A stretch of 64,000 bases of DNA from Candidatus Levyibacteriota bacterium (GTDB lineage: Bacteria; Patescibacteriota; Microgenomatia; Levybacterales; UBA12049). The notes below the pieces were generated by a model that was given only the letters and a program-made list of their open reading frames with translations, had not been told where the DNA came from and searched no databases. Location: contig JAGOPV010000001.1 in NCBI GenBank assembly GCA_017991775.1, forward strand, positions 20,869 to 84,868, written 5' to 3'. Below are positions 29,282 to 38,726 of the stretch, in pieces. Positions within the stretch are counted from its first letter, which is position 1; every line of letters begins with the position of its first letter. Made by a program: the position numbers and the translations under genes.

Positions 29282-29620
29282 ATGCGAAGAAAAAAAAGAT
29301 TCCTACCATTCCTAGTCTTAAGCATCCTCTCACTTGTAACTCTTCTCATCCTTATTTTTACAACAAGTCCTAGTGCTGAGGTTTCACTTGGACCAATTAC
29401 CCTAAACTATTCTTTGATCATACTTCTCCCACTTCTTTCACTCACATTCTTTCTTCCCTCATATGTTTTAAAGAATAAGATTCATGGGATTCTGTTAAGC
29501 ATCTTCGTAGCTTTTTCCCTCCTTTTTAGACTACAGGGACTTACTCATCCCATCTTTTTCCTCCTGCTTCTCGCAATTCTATTGACTCTCGAACTTCTTT
29601 TCACAAAAAAACGTGCCTAG
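29282..29620 (+). CDS. Small polytopic membrane protein (112 aa)
   Basis: Three to four hydrophobic helices; no recognised family. Confidence 0.4.
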   Translation: MRRKKRFLPFLVLSILSLVTLLILIFTTSPSAEVSLGPITLNYSLIILLPLLSLTFFLPSYVLKNKIHGILLSIFVAFSLLFRLQGLTHPIFFLLLLAILLTLELLFTKKRA

Positions 29621-29678
29621 ACCTACCACTGTCAGCTAAGTTGCTCGAGGCTAATTACTCTGATACAATCTGCATATT

Positions 29679-31097
29679 ATGAATAAGTTCTATATCACAA
29701 GCGCCATTCCATACGTGAACGGCAAGCCCCATATTGGCCACGCACTTGAATACTTTCAGGCAGACACCGTCAAAAGATTTCATCAACTTCTTGGAGAAGA
29801 AACACTTCTTCTCTCTGGGGCAGATGAAAATGCGCTTAAAAATGTACAGGCAGCAGAAAAAGAAGGTACAGAGACTCAAGCATTTCTAGACAAAAATTCG
29901 AAGGTATTTAAAGATGCATTCAAAACACTCGGTGTTGAGCTCGATATCTTTCAAAGAGGATCAGACAAAGAAAAACACTGGCCAGGAGTCCAAAAACTCT
30001 GGCAGCTTTGCCTTGACAATGAAGATATCTATAAAAAAACTTATGAAGGACTTTACTGTGTTGGCTGTGAGAGTTTTAAAATAGAAAGTGAGCTAACCCC
30101 AGATGGACTATGCCCAGACCATCTTAAGAAACCAGATCTCGTAAAAGAAGAGAACTATTTCTTCAAACTATCTAAGTATCAGCAACAAATTATTGATCTC
30201 ATTGAATCTAACACTCTGAAAGTCGTCCCCGAGAATAAGCGACAAGAAACGCTCTCATTTATCAAATCTGGCCTTGAAGATTTTAGTGTCTCAAGATCTG
30301 TTACACGTGCTCGCGGCATAGGAGTCCCTGTCCCAAATGATGATACACAGGTCATGTATGTCTGGTTTGATGCGCTCACTATTTATATGACAGGAATTGG
30401 ATTTGGAACAGATGAAGAAATGTGGAAAAAGTGGTGGCCTGCAGATGTACACGTTATCGGAAAAGATATTAATAGATTCCACACAGTTTACTGGCCAGCT
30501 ATGCTACTTTCAGCTAGCTTACCACTTCCAAAGACCATTCTTATTCATGACTTCATTATTAGTGGTGGTCAAAAGATGAGTAAGACTCTTGGCAATGTCA
30601 TTAATCCGTTCGATATGATCGATCAATTCGGCCTTGAACCATTTAGATACTTTCTCCTATCCCAAATGCCGATCAACGATACCGGAGATTTCACAGTAGA
30701 GAGATTTAAAGAAGTATTCCAAGCAAATCTAGCTAATGGTCTTGGTAATCTTGTAGCTAGGCTCGCCAAGCTAGCAGAGAATAACGCGATTACACTTGAA
30801 GATCGACCTCTCTCAATCGATTCCGAGATAACCAGTGCGCTTGAAACATATAATTTCAGCCTTGCGCTTGAGTCTCAATGGAAAGCTATTACTATTCTAG
30901 ACAAAAAATTAAATGATTCAAAACCTTGGACACTTTCACCATCTGAGGCGACCCCGATACTCATTGAAATTGCATATGGAATCCGTATGATTGCCTACAA
31001 TCTTATGCCATTTATGCCTGAGACGGCAAAGAGGATCCTTGAGCAATTTAGTGGCGAGATCAAAGCCCAATCCCCACTATTCCCTCGCATATCTTAA
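29679..31097 (+). CDS. metG: Methionyl-tRNA synthetase (minimal form)
   Basis: HIGH motif (PHIGHALE), KMSKS motif (KMSKTLGNVI), and a Cys cluster in the CP domain (CVGCESF..CPDH). Confidence 0.9.
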   Translation: MNKFYITSAIPYVNGKPHIGHALEYFQADTVKRFHQLLGEETLLLSGADENALKNVQAAEKEGTETQAFLDKNSKVFKDAFKTLGVELDIFQRGSDKEKHWPGVQKLWQLCLDNEDIYKKTYEGLYCVGCESFKIESELTPDGLCPDHLKKPDLVKEENYFFKLSKYQQQIIDLIESNTLKVVPENKRQETLSFIKSGLEDFSVSRSVTRARGIGVPVPNDDTQVMYVWFDALTIYMTGIGFGTDEEMWKKWWPADVHVIGKDINRFHTVYWPAMLLSASLPLPKTILIHDFIISGGQKMSKTLGNVINPFDMIDQFGLEPFRYFLLSQMPINDTGDFTVERFKEVFQANLANGLGNLVARLAKLAENNAITLEDRPLSIDSEITSALETYNFSLALESQWKAITILDKKLNDSKPWTLSPSEATPILIEIAYGIRMIAYNLMPFMPETAKRILEQFSGEIKAQSPLFPRIS

Positions 31098-31201
31098 GAA
31101 AAAAGCACCGGAAGGATTGCTCAATAATAATTCTCATCCGCACTAGTGCAAATGACAACTCTATTGATCCTCACGGTGCTTGTTGTGCCAATTACGGCAA
31201 A

Positions 31202-31507
31202 TTATTTTCGCTTTTTCAGCTCGTCCTTGACCAGCTGGTCGGCGTCTGCAGTGTTCCCTTCTGCCAGAAGACCAGCTGCGCCACTGCGCTTTAGAAATGC
31301 GCAGAGTGCTGTGTCGTTCGTGAAACTCTGAGTTGTTCTTCGATAGACACCGCAGGCCTTAAATCGCCTGATGATCTCCTCACATGAGAGTTCTTTGCCC
31401 TCCAGATCGTCATCCCCCTGATCAGGCTCGAGACCTTCAAGACTCCTCAGTGCCACTCGCATTGAAGCAGGTGGCAATTGAAATCTGCTCCTTCTCTGAG
31501 CTACCAT
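31202..31507 (-). CDS. Hypothetical protein in a GC-rich (~50%) 0.4-kb island
   Basis: The ORF's composition is clearly higher in GC than its flanks; no family recognised. Start taken at MVAQRR (31507). Confidence 0.3.
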   Translation of the reverse strand: MVAQRRSRFQLPPASMRVALRSLEGLEPDQGDDDLEGKELSCEEIIRRFKACGVYRRTTQSFTNDTALCAFLKRSGAAGLLAEGNTADADQLVKDELKKRK

Positions 31508-31643
31508 TGCTGGCTCCTTTCGAAGCTTGAAAAAAAACAAGTCAACGTATGACTGACCAGATTATACTGAAACATATAATAAATTTCAAACTATAAGCCT
31601 CCCGCCCCTTTATACTAGATACAAAATACTCTATACTTGGTGA

Positions 31644-32450
31644 ATGATCGACGTTCATTGCCACCTCAACTTTCACTCATTTGAAGAAGACTATGATGCT
31701 GTTATCAAGTCCGCACTTGGAAAGGGCTTAACGCGAATTATCAATGTGGGTACAAAAATCGACTCGAGTCAGTGGGCGGTTGATCTTTCTAAAAAATATC
31801 CAGAGCTCTATGCGATTGTTGGTGTACATCCACATCACGCAGATAAAGTCGGTATGAGCGATGACTGGCTATCAGAGCTTGAAACAATTGCTAAAAATGA
31901 CAAAGTTGTAGGCATTGGCGAGATTGGTCTTGATTACTTCAGCTATAAATCAAATGGCGTGACTGATCCTCAATTGCAAAAAGAGATGTTTGATCTTCAG
32001 ATCGAACTTGCCCATAAACTAGGTCTTCCAATTCAAATCCATAATAGGCTCGCAGGCGAGGATGTTATCGCTATGCTTAAAGAGCGAAAGCATCTTCTTC
32101 AAGCTGCACCTGGCATGTTCCACTGCTTTGCTGGGACAAAAGAGGTCCTTAAAGATGCACTTGATCTGGGATTCTTCATCGGCTTTGATGGCAATAGCAC
32201 CTATCCAGGTCTCGCACCAAAAGAGACAGTCGAGCTTTCCGAGTTAATCAGCCTCACCCCACTTGAGCGAATTGTAACTGAAACTGATAGCCCCTACCTG
32301 ACACCAATCCCACATCGCGGAGAAAGAAATCTCCCAGAGTACGTAATGCTTGTCGGAGAGCACATTGCTAAAGTCAAAGATGTGCCATTTCAGCACGTAG
32401 TAGAACAAACAACGCAAAACGTCTATACTATCTTTAGTAAATTAGGCTAA
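31644..32450 (+). CDS. tatD: TatD-family metal-dependent hydrolase (DNase)
   Basis: MIDVHCHLNF.. and GIGEIGLDY, conserved His/Glu/Asp ligands; 268 aa. Confidence 0.85.
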   Translation: MIDVHCHLNFHSFEEDYDAVIKSALGKGLTRIINVGTKIDSSQWAVDLSKKYPELYAIVGVHPHHADKVGMSDDWLSELETIAKNDKVVGIGEIGLDYFSYKSNGVTDPQLQKEMFDLQIELAHKLGLPIQIHNRLAGEDVIAMLKERKHLLQAAPGMFHCFAGTKEVLKDALDLGFFIGFDGNSTYPGLAPKETVELSELISLTPLERIVTETDSPYLTPIPHRGERNLPEYVMLVGEHIAKVKDVPFQHVVEQTTQNVYTIFSKLG

Positions 32451-32452
32451 TT

Positions 32453-33946
32453 ATGACTTCATATTTTGACAGACTCTTTCGCCGTTACCCAATAAAGTCT
32501 ACTCGATCACTTGAGATACTTCCTGGATTTATTTCATGGACTGTCATTCTTTTCCCTATTTGGGGCTCACTCCTCATTCCAACACAGCTTGCATACTTCA
32601 TTCTCTTTTTTGATGTTTATTGGTTCTACAAGTCCTATTCACTTGTGGTCAACGCCTACAGATCTTCGCGTAAAATTAAACAGGCAGAAAGAGAGAACTG
32701 GCTCAAAAAGGCTGAGCACCTACCGAATTTTGATAAAGTGACCCATCTTCTGATCATCCCTAATTACAAAGAGAGTGTTGAAAAAATGCGAACGACTATC
32801 GAGCACCTAGCAGCACAAACCTTGTCCCCAAAAAAACTCCACGTCGTCCTTGCGATGGAAGACCGAGAGACTGAGGCTCGTGGCAAAGCGGGGGAAATTA
32901 TCAAGGAGTTTAAGGGTGTCTTTGGAAGTATTTTTGCCACATATCATGTCGACGCGCCTGGTGAGATCAAGGGCAAATCCTCAAATGAAGCATTTGCAGG
33001 AATTGAGGCTCATGACACACTCTATGTAAAAGGCAAATATGATATCGACTATGCGACAGTCTCATCTGTTGACGTTGACTCAATTTTCGATAAGCAATTC
33101 TTTGCTTATCTCACATATAAATTCTTGAGTGATGATATGCGTTATAACAAGTTCTGGCAATCAGCTACAGTCTTTTATAACAATGTCTGGCAAGTCCCAG
33201 CACCGATCCGTATTCTCTCATTCTTCGGTAGTCTTTGGAGAACTTCAATGCTCGTTCAGGGAGACAGACTGATCACACAATCAACCTATACTCTCTCACT
33301 CAAACTTTTACGTGATATTGGATTCTGGGATGTGGATGTTATTCCTGAAGACTACCGAGTCTTTTTCAAAGCATTCTTTGCAAAGAAAGGGCAGATCTGG
33401 ACAGAGCCAATTTTCCTCAAGACATCAATGGATGCTGCATTTTCCAAAGGATATATCAATAGTTTGAAAAACAAATACCACCAGGAGCGACGCTGGTCAT
33501 GGGGAGTATCTGACGATCCGCTCTTTATTAAGTGGTGGTTCACTATCCCAGGCGTACCATTTATCCGTAAAACTTCGATGATCTATCATGTAGTTCTGGA
33601 CCATCTCCTTTGGCCAGTCAATTGGTTTATCATCACTGTCGCAGCCAACATCGTACCGTTCATCAATCCAACATTCTATCGAACTTCCCTTGGCTATTCC
33701 CTTCCCCATATTGCAGGCTTCATCCTTACCTCAACTATTCTTGCTATCGTTGCACTTATGTTCATTGACTATAAGAATAGACCCGAGAATACTCCTTTGC
33801 CTTTGCGAAGAAAGATCTTCTTCCCTTTTGAATTTATCTTAATGCCAATAGTTGGCTTTTTCCTTTCTGCACTGCCTGCCCTTATCTCCCACACCCAACT
33901 TATGTTTGGGAAAAGAATGGAGTATAAAGTCACAGATAAAGCATGA
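32453..33946 (+). CDS. Membrane-embedded glycosyltransferase family 2 (GT-A) protein
   Basis: N-terminal TM helices, a GT2 catalytic region (HLLIIPNYKES .. VDVDS ..) and further C-terminal TM helices; 497 aa. Confidence 0.65.
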   Translation: MTSYFDRLFRRYPIKSTRSLEILPGFISWTVILFPIWGSLLIPTQLAYFILFFDVYWFYKSYSLVVNAYRSSRKIKQAERENWLKKAEHLPNFDKVTHLLIIPNYKESVEKMRTTIEHLAAQTLSPKKLHVVLAMEDRETEARGKAGEIIKEFKGVFGSIFATYHVDAPGEIKGKSSNEAFAGIEAHDTLYVKGKYDIDYATVSSVDVDSIFDKQFFAYLTYKFLSDDMRYNKFWQSATVFYNNVWQVPAPIRILSFFGSLWRTSMLVQGDRLITQSTYTLSLKLLRDIGFWDVDVIPEDYRVFFKAFFAKKGQIWTEPIFLKTSMDAAFSKGYINSLKNKYHQERRWSWGVSDDPLFIKWWFTIPGVPFIRKTSMIYHVVLDHLLWPVNWFIITVAANIVPFINPTFYRTSLGYSLPHIAGFILTSTILAIVALMFIDYKNRPENTPLPLRRKIFFPFEFILMPIVGFFLSALPALISHTQLMFGKRMEYKVTDKA

Positions 33947-35436
33947 TCAAAAGAACTCACGCACTCCTCTATACTTTAGAGAGGTCAAAAATGTTTTGGA
34001 CCATCTTTCTTTCTTCTTTGGTCTTTTTTATCCTCAGACTTCCCTCACTCTTTGAACCAAATTGGTATGGAGATGAAGGAATATATGAAGTAATTGGGAA
34101 AGCAATATCTGAGGGAAAAATTCTTTATCTCCATATTTGGGACAACAAGCCGCCCCTCCTCTATGCAACATATGCAATTTTTCATGGTGACCAATTTTGG
34201 GCGAGATTGCTCTCGCTTCTTTTTGGACTTGGCGCGATTATCACACTCTTCTTTCTTGCAAAGAAATTATTCAAGGAGCTCGTACCCACAGTAATTGCAA
34301 CAGGGATATTTACCATTCTCTTAGGCTTACCTTTTCTTGAAGGCAACATTGCTAATGCTGAAAATTTCATGCTTTTCCCAGTTATCCTCGCAGGATTTAT
34401 CTGCTTTACTCATGTTGAAAAAACAGCAAAGAAGAAGCCACTTTTCCTTGCTGGGATCCTCCTTGGCATTGCTTTTCTTTATAAGATAGTAGCAATCTTT
34501 GACCTAGCAGCACTGGTAACGTTTCTCTGCCTTTATTATCTTCCTGAAAAAAATATTTTAGATTTTAGAAAATATCTTTCCCAAATGGCAACCAAGGTTG
34601 GATTGCTTGTCGGGGGATTTCTCATACCATTTGCCATCTCTTGTCTTTATTTTCTCAGCAATGGTGGGCTGCAAGCATATTTTCAAGCTATCTTTTTTAG
34701 CACTGTTGGATATGTTGGCTACAATAATGTACTTATCATCCCACAAGGCCTTCTCATCGCAAAGCTCATCCTTCTCGTCTTTGCAGTTCTCATACTTTTG
34801 AAACTAAAGAAAAAACTCCATCCATCACTTCTTTTTATTTTTACCTGGGCGGCGTTCTCACTTTTCAATAGCTTCTTTTCACAAAGACCATATACACACT
34901 ACCTGCTCGTACTTATACCAACATTCTCACTTATTGCTGGCTCTGCTTTCTACCGTAATGGACTACGAAAAATCTCACTTATTATTGCGTGTATTATCGC
35001 GGTGATTGGACTCTATTTCTTCAATCATTGGAGCATAACGAAAACTGTTGGCTTCTACACAAATTTTTCTCAATTCGTTGCAGGTCAAAAAACCTTACGC
35101 GAGTATCAAAACTTCTTTGATAGAAGAGCACCTAAAGACTATGAAATAAGCAGATATATTAACGCTCATAAAAAATCTGGTGAAAATATTTATATATGGG
35201 GAAATTCTGCACAGCTATATGTCATGACCGACACGCTTCCACCTGGCAGATTTACTGTTGCATATCACGTAGGCGGTGACACAAATCATCTTGAGGAGAC
35301 AAGGAAAGCGATCGCACAAGCCAACCCTCAATTTATCGTTGTCCAACAGGGAATGACAATGTATCCATTCTCGCTGTATAATTACCAGCATGCTATCACG
35401 ATTTCTGAAAACATCATCTATGAACGAGTTCGTTAA
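33943..35436 (+). CDS. GT-C fold glycosyltransferase (ArnT / PMT / GT39-83-like polyprenyl-phosphate-sugar-dependent transferase)
   Basis: Multi-TM protein with an N-terminal DE motif in the first loop (WYGDEGIYEV), typical of GT-C enzymes; 497 aa. Overlaps the GT2 stop by 4 nt. Confidence 0.65.
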   Translation: MIKRTHALLYTLERSKMFWTIFLSSLVFFILRLPSLFEPNWYGDEGIYEVIGKAISEGKILYLHIWDNKPPLLYATYAIFHGDQFWARLLSLLFGLGAIITLFFLAKKLFKELVPTVIATGIFTILLGLPFLEGNIANAENFMLFPVILAGFICFTHVEKTAKKKPLFLAGILLGIAFLYKIVAIFDLAALVTFLCLYYLPEKNILDFRKYLSQMATKVGLLVGGFLIPFAISCLYFLSNGGLQAYFQAIFFSTVGYVGYNNVLIIPQGLLIAKLILLVFAVLILLKLKKKLHPSLLFIFTWAAFSLFNSFFSQRPYTHYLLVLIPTFSLIAGSAFYRNGLRKISLIIACIIAVIGLYFFNHWSITKTVGFYTNFSQFVAGQKTLREYQNFFDRRAPKDYEISRYINAHKKSGENIYIWGNSAQLYVMTDTLPPGRFTVAYHVGGDTNHLEETRKAIAQANPQFIVVQQGMTMYPFSLYNYQHAITISENIIYERVR

Positions 35437-35773
35437 GCACATCTCCTCAGATAGAATTCTTTCATATGGAGTGATCCTTTCACTGGTGATCCTCTTTGTC
35501 ACTCTCATGTATATCGCTTTTTTCTACCCATCACTTCCACCTGTCTTGCCAATCTTCAACCAATTACCCTGGGGCATCGCAAGACTTGGCGGAAAAATAC
35601 TTATTTTTCTACCAACACTTCTTGTCCTAATGATAATTATCATTAATGTTATTTTTGCCAGATTTATATATGAACGAATGCCACTAACAACGAGGATGCT
35701 CTACATCACAACGACATTGCTTTCTTTTTTTACTCTTTATTTCTCAATCAGAATTATTCAACTGATTATCTAA
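35420..35773 (+). CDS. Small membrane protein in the glycosylation cluster
   Basis: Three TM helices; the start is uncertain (35390 or 35420). Confidence 0.35.
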   Translation: MNEFVKHISSDRILSYGVILSLVILFVTLMYIAFFYPSLPPVLPIFNQLPWGIARLGGKILIFLPTLLVLMIIIINVIFARFIYERMPLTTRMLYITTTLLSFFTLYFSIRIIQLII

Positions 35774-35774
35774 T

Positions 35775-36848
35775 ATGGATATTTATACAATCTTACTGAT
35801 CATCACAACTAGCCTAGGGATTACAGCGGCACTTACCTATATCTTTATCCCACTTATTAAAAAATGGGGACTTGTCGATGACCCAGCGCTCCACAAGCAT
35901 CCTGCAATGATCCACACAAAGATCATTCCAAGAGCGGGTGGGCTTCCGATCTTTATTGGGATATTTATCTCATGTCTTATCTTCCTTCCGATTACTCAAA
36001 TCACAATTGGTATTCTTTTGGCATCCTTTCTTGCACTCGTGATGGGACTTATCGATGATAGATATAACGCTCGATCAAAGGATGTATCACCTTACCTTCG
36101 ATTTGGTTTTAATATTCTTTGCGCTAGTATTGTTGTGTTTAGTGGTATCAGCATTCCATTTATTACACACCCATTGGGGGGCATTCTCCATCTAGATATG
36201 CTTATTCCCTTTCTCCCAATTTCATTCGGACAAGTCATCGCTCTCATTTGGATTGTATGGGTCATGAACATGCTTAATTGGAGTAAAGGCATTGATGGAC
36301 AAATGCCAGGGATTGTTGCAATATCTGCATTTGTAATTGGAATACTTAGCCTCAGAACTCCTCTTATGGATGGAGCTGGGCTCATCGATGCAAGACTTTC
36401 TTTTGTGCTTACCGGTGCTGCACTTGGATTCTTGGTATTTAACTTTCACCCCGCCAAAATCTTCCCTGGCTACGGCGCCACCTGCATGTATCTTCTCTTA
36501 GCAGTTGTCTCTATCCTCTCGAGTGCCAAACTCGCAACAGCAATCCTTGTCATGGGTGTTCCAACTATGGATGCACTCTTTACTATTTTTAGACGTGTCC
36601 TTAGTAAAAGGTCTCCATTTCGTCATGATGACAAACATCTCCATCACATCCTCCTAAAATTTGGATTTGGACAAAGAAAAATTGCATTGTTTTATTGGAT
36701 AATCTCTGCTATATTTGGCACAATTGCACTAAGCCTTAGGAGCGAGAGCAAGCCGTTTGCTCTCATCTCGCTTGGAGTTATTGCTGGTGGCGGATTACTT
36801 TTCTTGCATTTTATAGTACGATATAGACATGAAAAAGACAGCGCGTAA
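35775..36848 (+). CDS. Polyprenyl-phosphate N-acetylhexosamine-1-phosphate transferase (GT4, WecA/MraY family)
   Basis: About 10 TM helices, GLIDDRYN (DDxxD), NMLNWSKGIDGQMPG (NxxNxxDGxDG) and HLHHILLKFGF near the C-terminus. Confidence 0.7.
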   Translation: MDIYTILLIITTSLGITAALTYIFIPLIKKWGLVDDPALHKHPAMIHTKIIPRAGGLPIFIGIFISCLIFLPITQITIGILLASFLALVMGLIDDRYNARSKDVSPYLRFGFNILCASIVVFSGISIPFITHPLGGILHLDMLIPFLPISFGQVIALIWIVWVMNMLNWSKGIDGQMPGIVAISAFVIGILSLRTPLMDGAGLIDARLSFVLTGAALGFLVFNFHPAKIFPGYGATCMYLLLAVVSILSSAKLATAILVMGVPTMDALFTIFRRVLSKRSPFRHDDKHLHHILLKFGFGQRKIALFYWIISAIFGTIALSLRSESKPFALISLGVIAGGGLLFLHFIVRYRHEKDSA

Positions 36849-37776
36849 TTATCTACGCCTCTTAAGACCACGACAGTGGGTCAAGAACTTTGCCGTCTTT
36901 GCTGCTCTTACCTTCAGCGGAGAACTCTTCTCGCCCCTACTTTTCCAAAATGTCCTCATAGGTTTTATTGTATTTTGCTGCATCTCCTCATCAATCTATG
37001 TGGTCAATGACATGTTTGATGTAAGCAAAGACAGACTCCACCCTTTTAAGAAAAATAGACCTCTCGCAAATAAAGACATATCACTTCGAACAGGAGCGAT
37101 TATCGCACTCATTCTTTGTCTTGGTGGTTTGATTGCAAGCTATATTGTCTCACCAGGCTTTTTAATCATCACACTTGTATACCTACTCCTCCAGATCTCA
37201 TATTCTATGGTACTCAAGCATATAGCAGTAATTGATATTCTCGCGCTTGCCGGTGGATATATTTTACGTGTCTATGCAGGAGAACTTCTTAGCGGATATC
37301 ATATTTCAGTCTGGCTTCTTCTGACCACCATCTCTCTCTCACTCTTTCTGGCTATTGGTAAAAGACGACGCGAACTGACGCTCATATCCTCTGAGACAGG
37401 GAGAAATATAGCTGAGATTAGAAGATCTCTCTCGCACTACTCTGAGAGGCTTCTTGATGTCTATGCATCGATCTTTGCTACATCCACCTTTATCTCATAT
37501 GCCCTTTTCACATTCCTTGAGAACGCGCGCCAACTTACTGTTACCAACGATATATTCTTCCCAGAATTCCTCCCCTCATATATGCAAAGAAAATGGCTCA
37601 TGCTGACTATAGCTCCTGTAGTTTATGGACTTATGAGGTATCTTCAGGATATCTATGAAAAGCATGAGGGAGAGAGTCCAGAGAGGGTACTATTCCAAGA
37701 CAAACCACTTTTTGCGACAGTCCTCATTTGGGCCATCATGACAATAGTTATTATCTACGTCATTCAGGCAGGATGA
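36829..37776 (+). CDS. UbiA-family prenyl-phosphate phosphoribosyltransferase (decaprenyl-phosphate phosphoribosyltransferase / DPPR-synthase-like)
   Basis: LLRPRQWVKNFAVFAA, YVVNDMFDVSKDRLHPFKKNRPLANKDIS, LKHIAVIDI and GKRRREL match, from memory, the Rv3806c-type DPPR synthase signatures (RPRQWVKN, NDxxDxxxDxxHPxKxxRP). Confidence 0.7.
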   Translation: MKKTARNYLRLLRPRQWVKNFAVFAALTFSGELFSPLLFQNVLIGFIVFCCISSSIYVVNDMFDVSKDRLHPFKKNRPLANKDISLRTGAIIALILCLGGLIASYIVSPGFLIITLVYLLLQISYSMVLKHIAVIDILALAGGYILRVYAGELLSGYHISVWLLLTTISLSLFLAIGKRRRELTLISSETGRNIAEIRRSLSHYSERLLDVYASIFATSTFISYALFTFLENARQLTVTNDIFFPEFLPSYMQRKWLMLTIAPVVYGLMRYLQDIYEKHEGESPERVLFQDKPLFATVLIWAIMTIVIIYVIQAG

Positions 37777-37826
37777 CATCAGTCATTGGTCTAGAGCCTA
37801 ATGACTAATAGCTAAAGCCCGACCCC

Positions 37827-38675
37827 CTACTGTTTAGTAGCATACTGACTGCTTACCCATCCAGTAACTCCACTTGGAAGCGTTATCTGATACCAGTCAT
37901 CAATTTCTGAAAGAATATCAAAGGTTTGTCCTGGAGACACCCTCCCCACCTCACCTGCATTAACATTATTCGAAGCTCTTACACGCAAAAATCCAGTTGG
38001 GGTCTGGGAGATCACAATTTTTGAGACAATTGGTGTAGGCGATGCGGAGGGTGAAGCAACCTGTGTCGGAGATGGAGTTAATGAAAGCCCATCTTCATCA
38101 ACTGATAAATAAACCGATGCGAGAAGTTTGTATCCACCCGGGGTCCTAATTCTCACCTTTTTATCTAGGTACCCGCTTTTGCGAATTAACAACTCATGAT
38201 CTGAGTCTGTTAACTTATCGATAACAACGGGGGTAAACCCTGATGAAAGATTGTCAACGAGCACCTCTGCTCTTGTAGGAGTAGATACAACGAGTAAAGA
38301 TGCCTTCTCGCCTGACTTTAGCTGAGATAGCGTAATGATACTTCCCTCGGATGTTGCGCCAGGTCCAAATTTGCGATCCACAACAGTAAGTACAGATTTC
38401 GATATTGTGATCTTTTCCTGAAACTCATTTAACGATCCTGTCGTTGGCACAAGGCGGATTGTATACTCACCAGTCTTTAACATGTCTGAGACATTACATT
38501 TACATAATGGAGTCTGCCCAATAAGTTTGTCATTAATGTACACCTTGCTTGAAGGAGAAGCAGTAACTTGCAGAGCGCCTTTCTCGTTATTTCGCAATAG
38601 AAATGTATTTACAAGAAAAATAATTATAACAATGCAAATAAGTGAGGGGACAACAATAACAATGACTTTTTTCAT
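37827..38675 (-). CDS. PEGA-domain surface protein with C-terminal bacterial SH3 domain
   Basis: Signal anchor, two PEGA-like repeats (..LQVTASPSSKVYINDKLIGQTP.. / ..LLVVSTPTRAEVLVDNLSSGFTP..), a P/S/T linker, and an SH3b-like C-terminus (GFLRVRASNNVNAGEVGRVSPGQTFDILSEIDDWYQITL..GWV). Confidence 0.6.
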   Translation of the reverse strand: MKKVIVIVVPSLICIVIIIFLVNTFLLRNNEKGALQVTASPSSKVYINDKLIGQTPLCKCNVSDMLKTGEYTIRLVPTTGSLNEFQEKITISKSVLTVVDRKFGPGATSEGSIITLSQLKSGEKASLLVVSTPTRAEVLVDNLSSGFTPVVIDKLTDSDHELLIRKSGYLDKKVRIRTPGGYKLLASVYLSVDEDGLSLTPSPTQVASPSASPTPIVSKIVISQTPTGFLRVRASNNVNAGEVGRVSPGQTFDILSEIDDWYQITLPSGVTGWVSSQYATKQ

Positions 38676-38726
38676 GCGCTAACTGAAAAATAACTATAGC
38701 ATAGAAGCTGATTTCTATCTAGAAGA

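Noticed and set aside
35775-36848. Calling the GT4 enzyme MraY proper
   Set aside because: The NxxNxxDGIDG and HLHH motifs fit WecA and MraY about equally well. There are no neighbouring mur genes and it sits in a glycosylation cluster, so only the family-level call was kept.
37777-37826. Inverted repeat AGTCATT-N12-AATGACT between convergent genes as a bidirectional terminator
   Set aside because: The stem is only 7 bp, AT-rich, and has no flanking U-tract, so the evidence is too weak to report as a feature.
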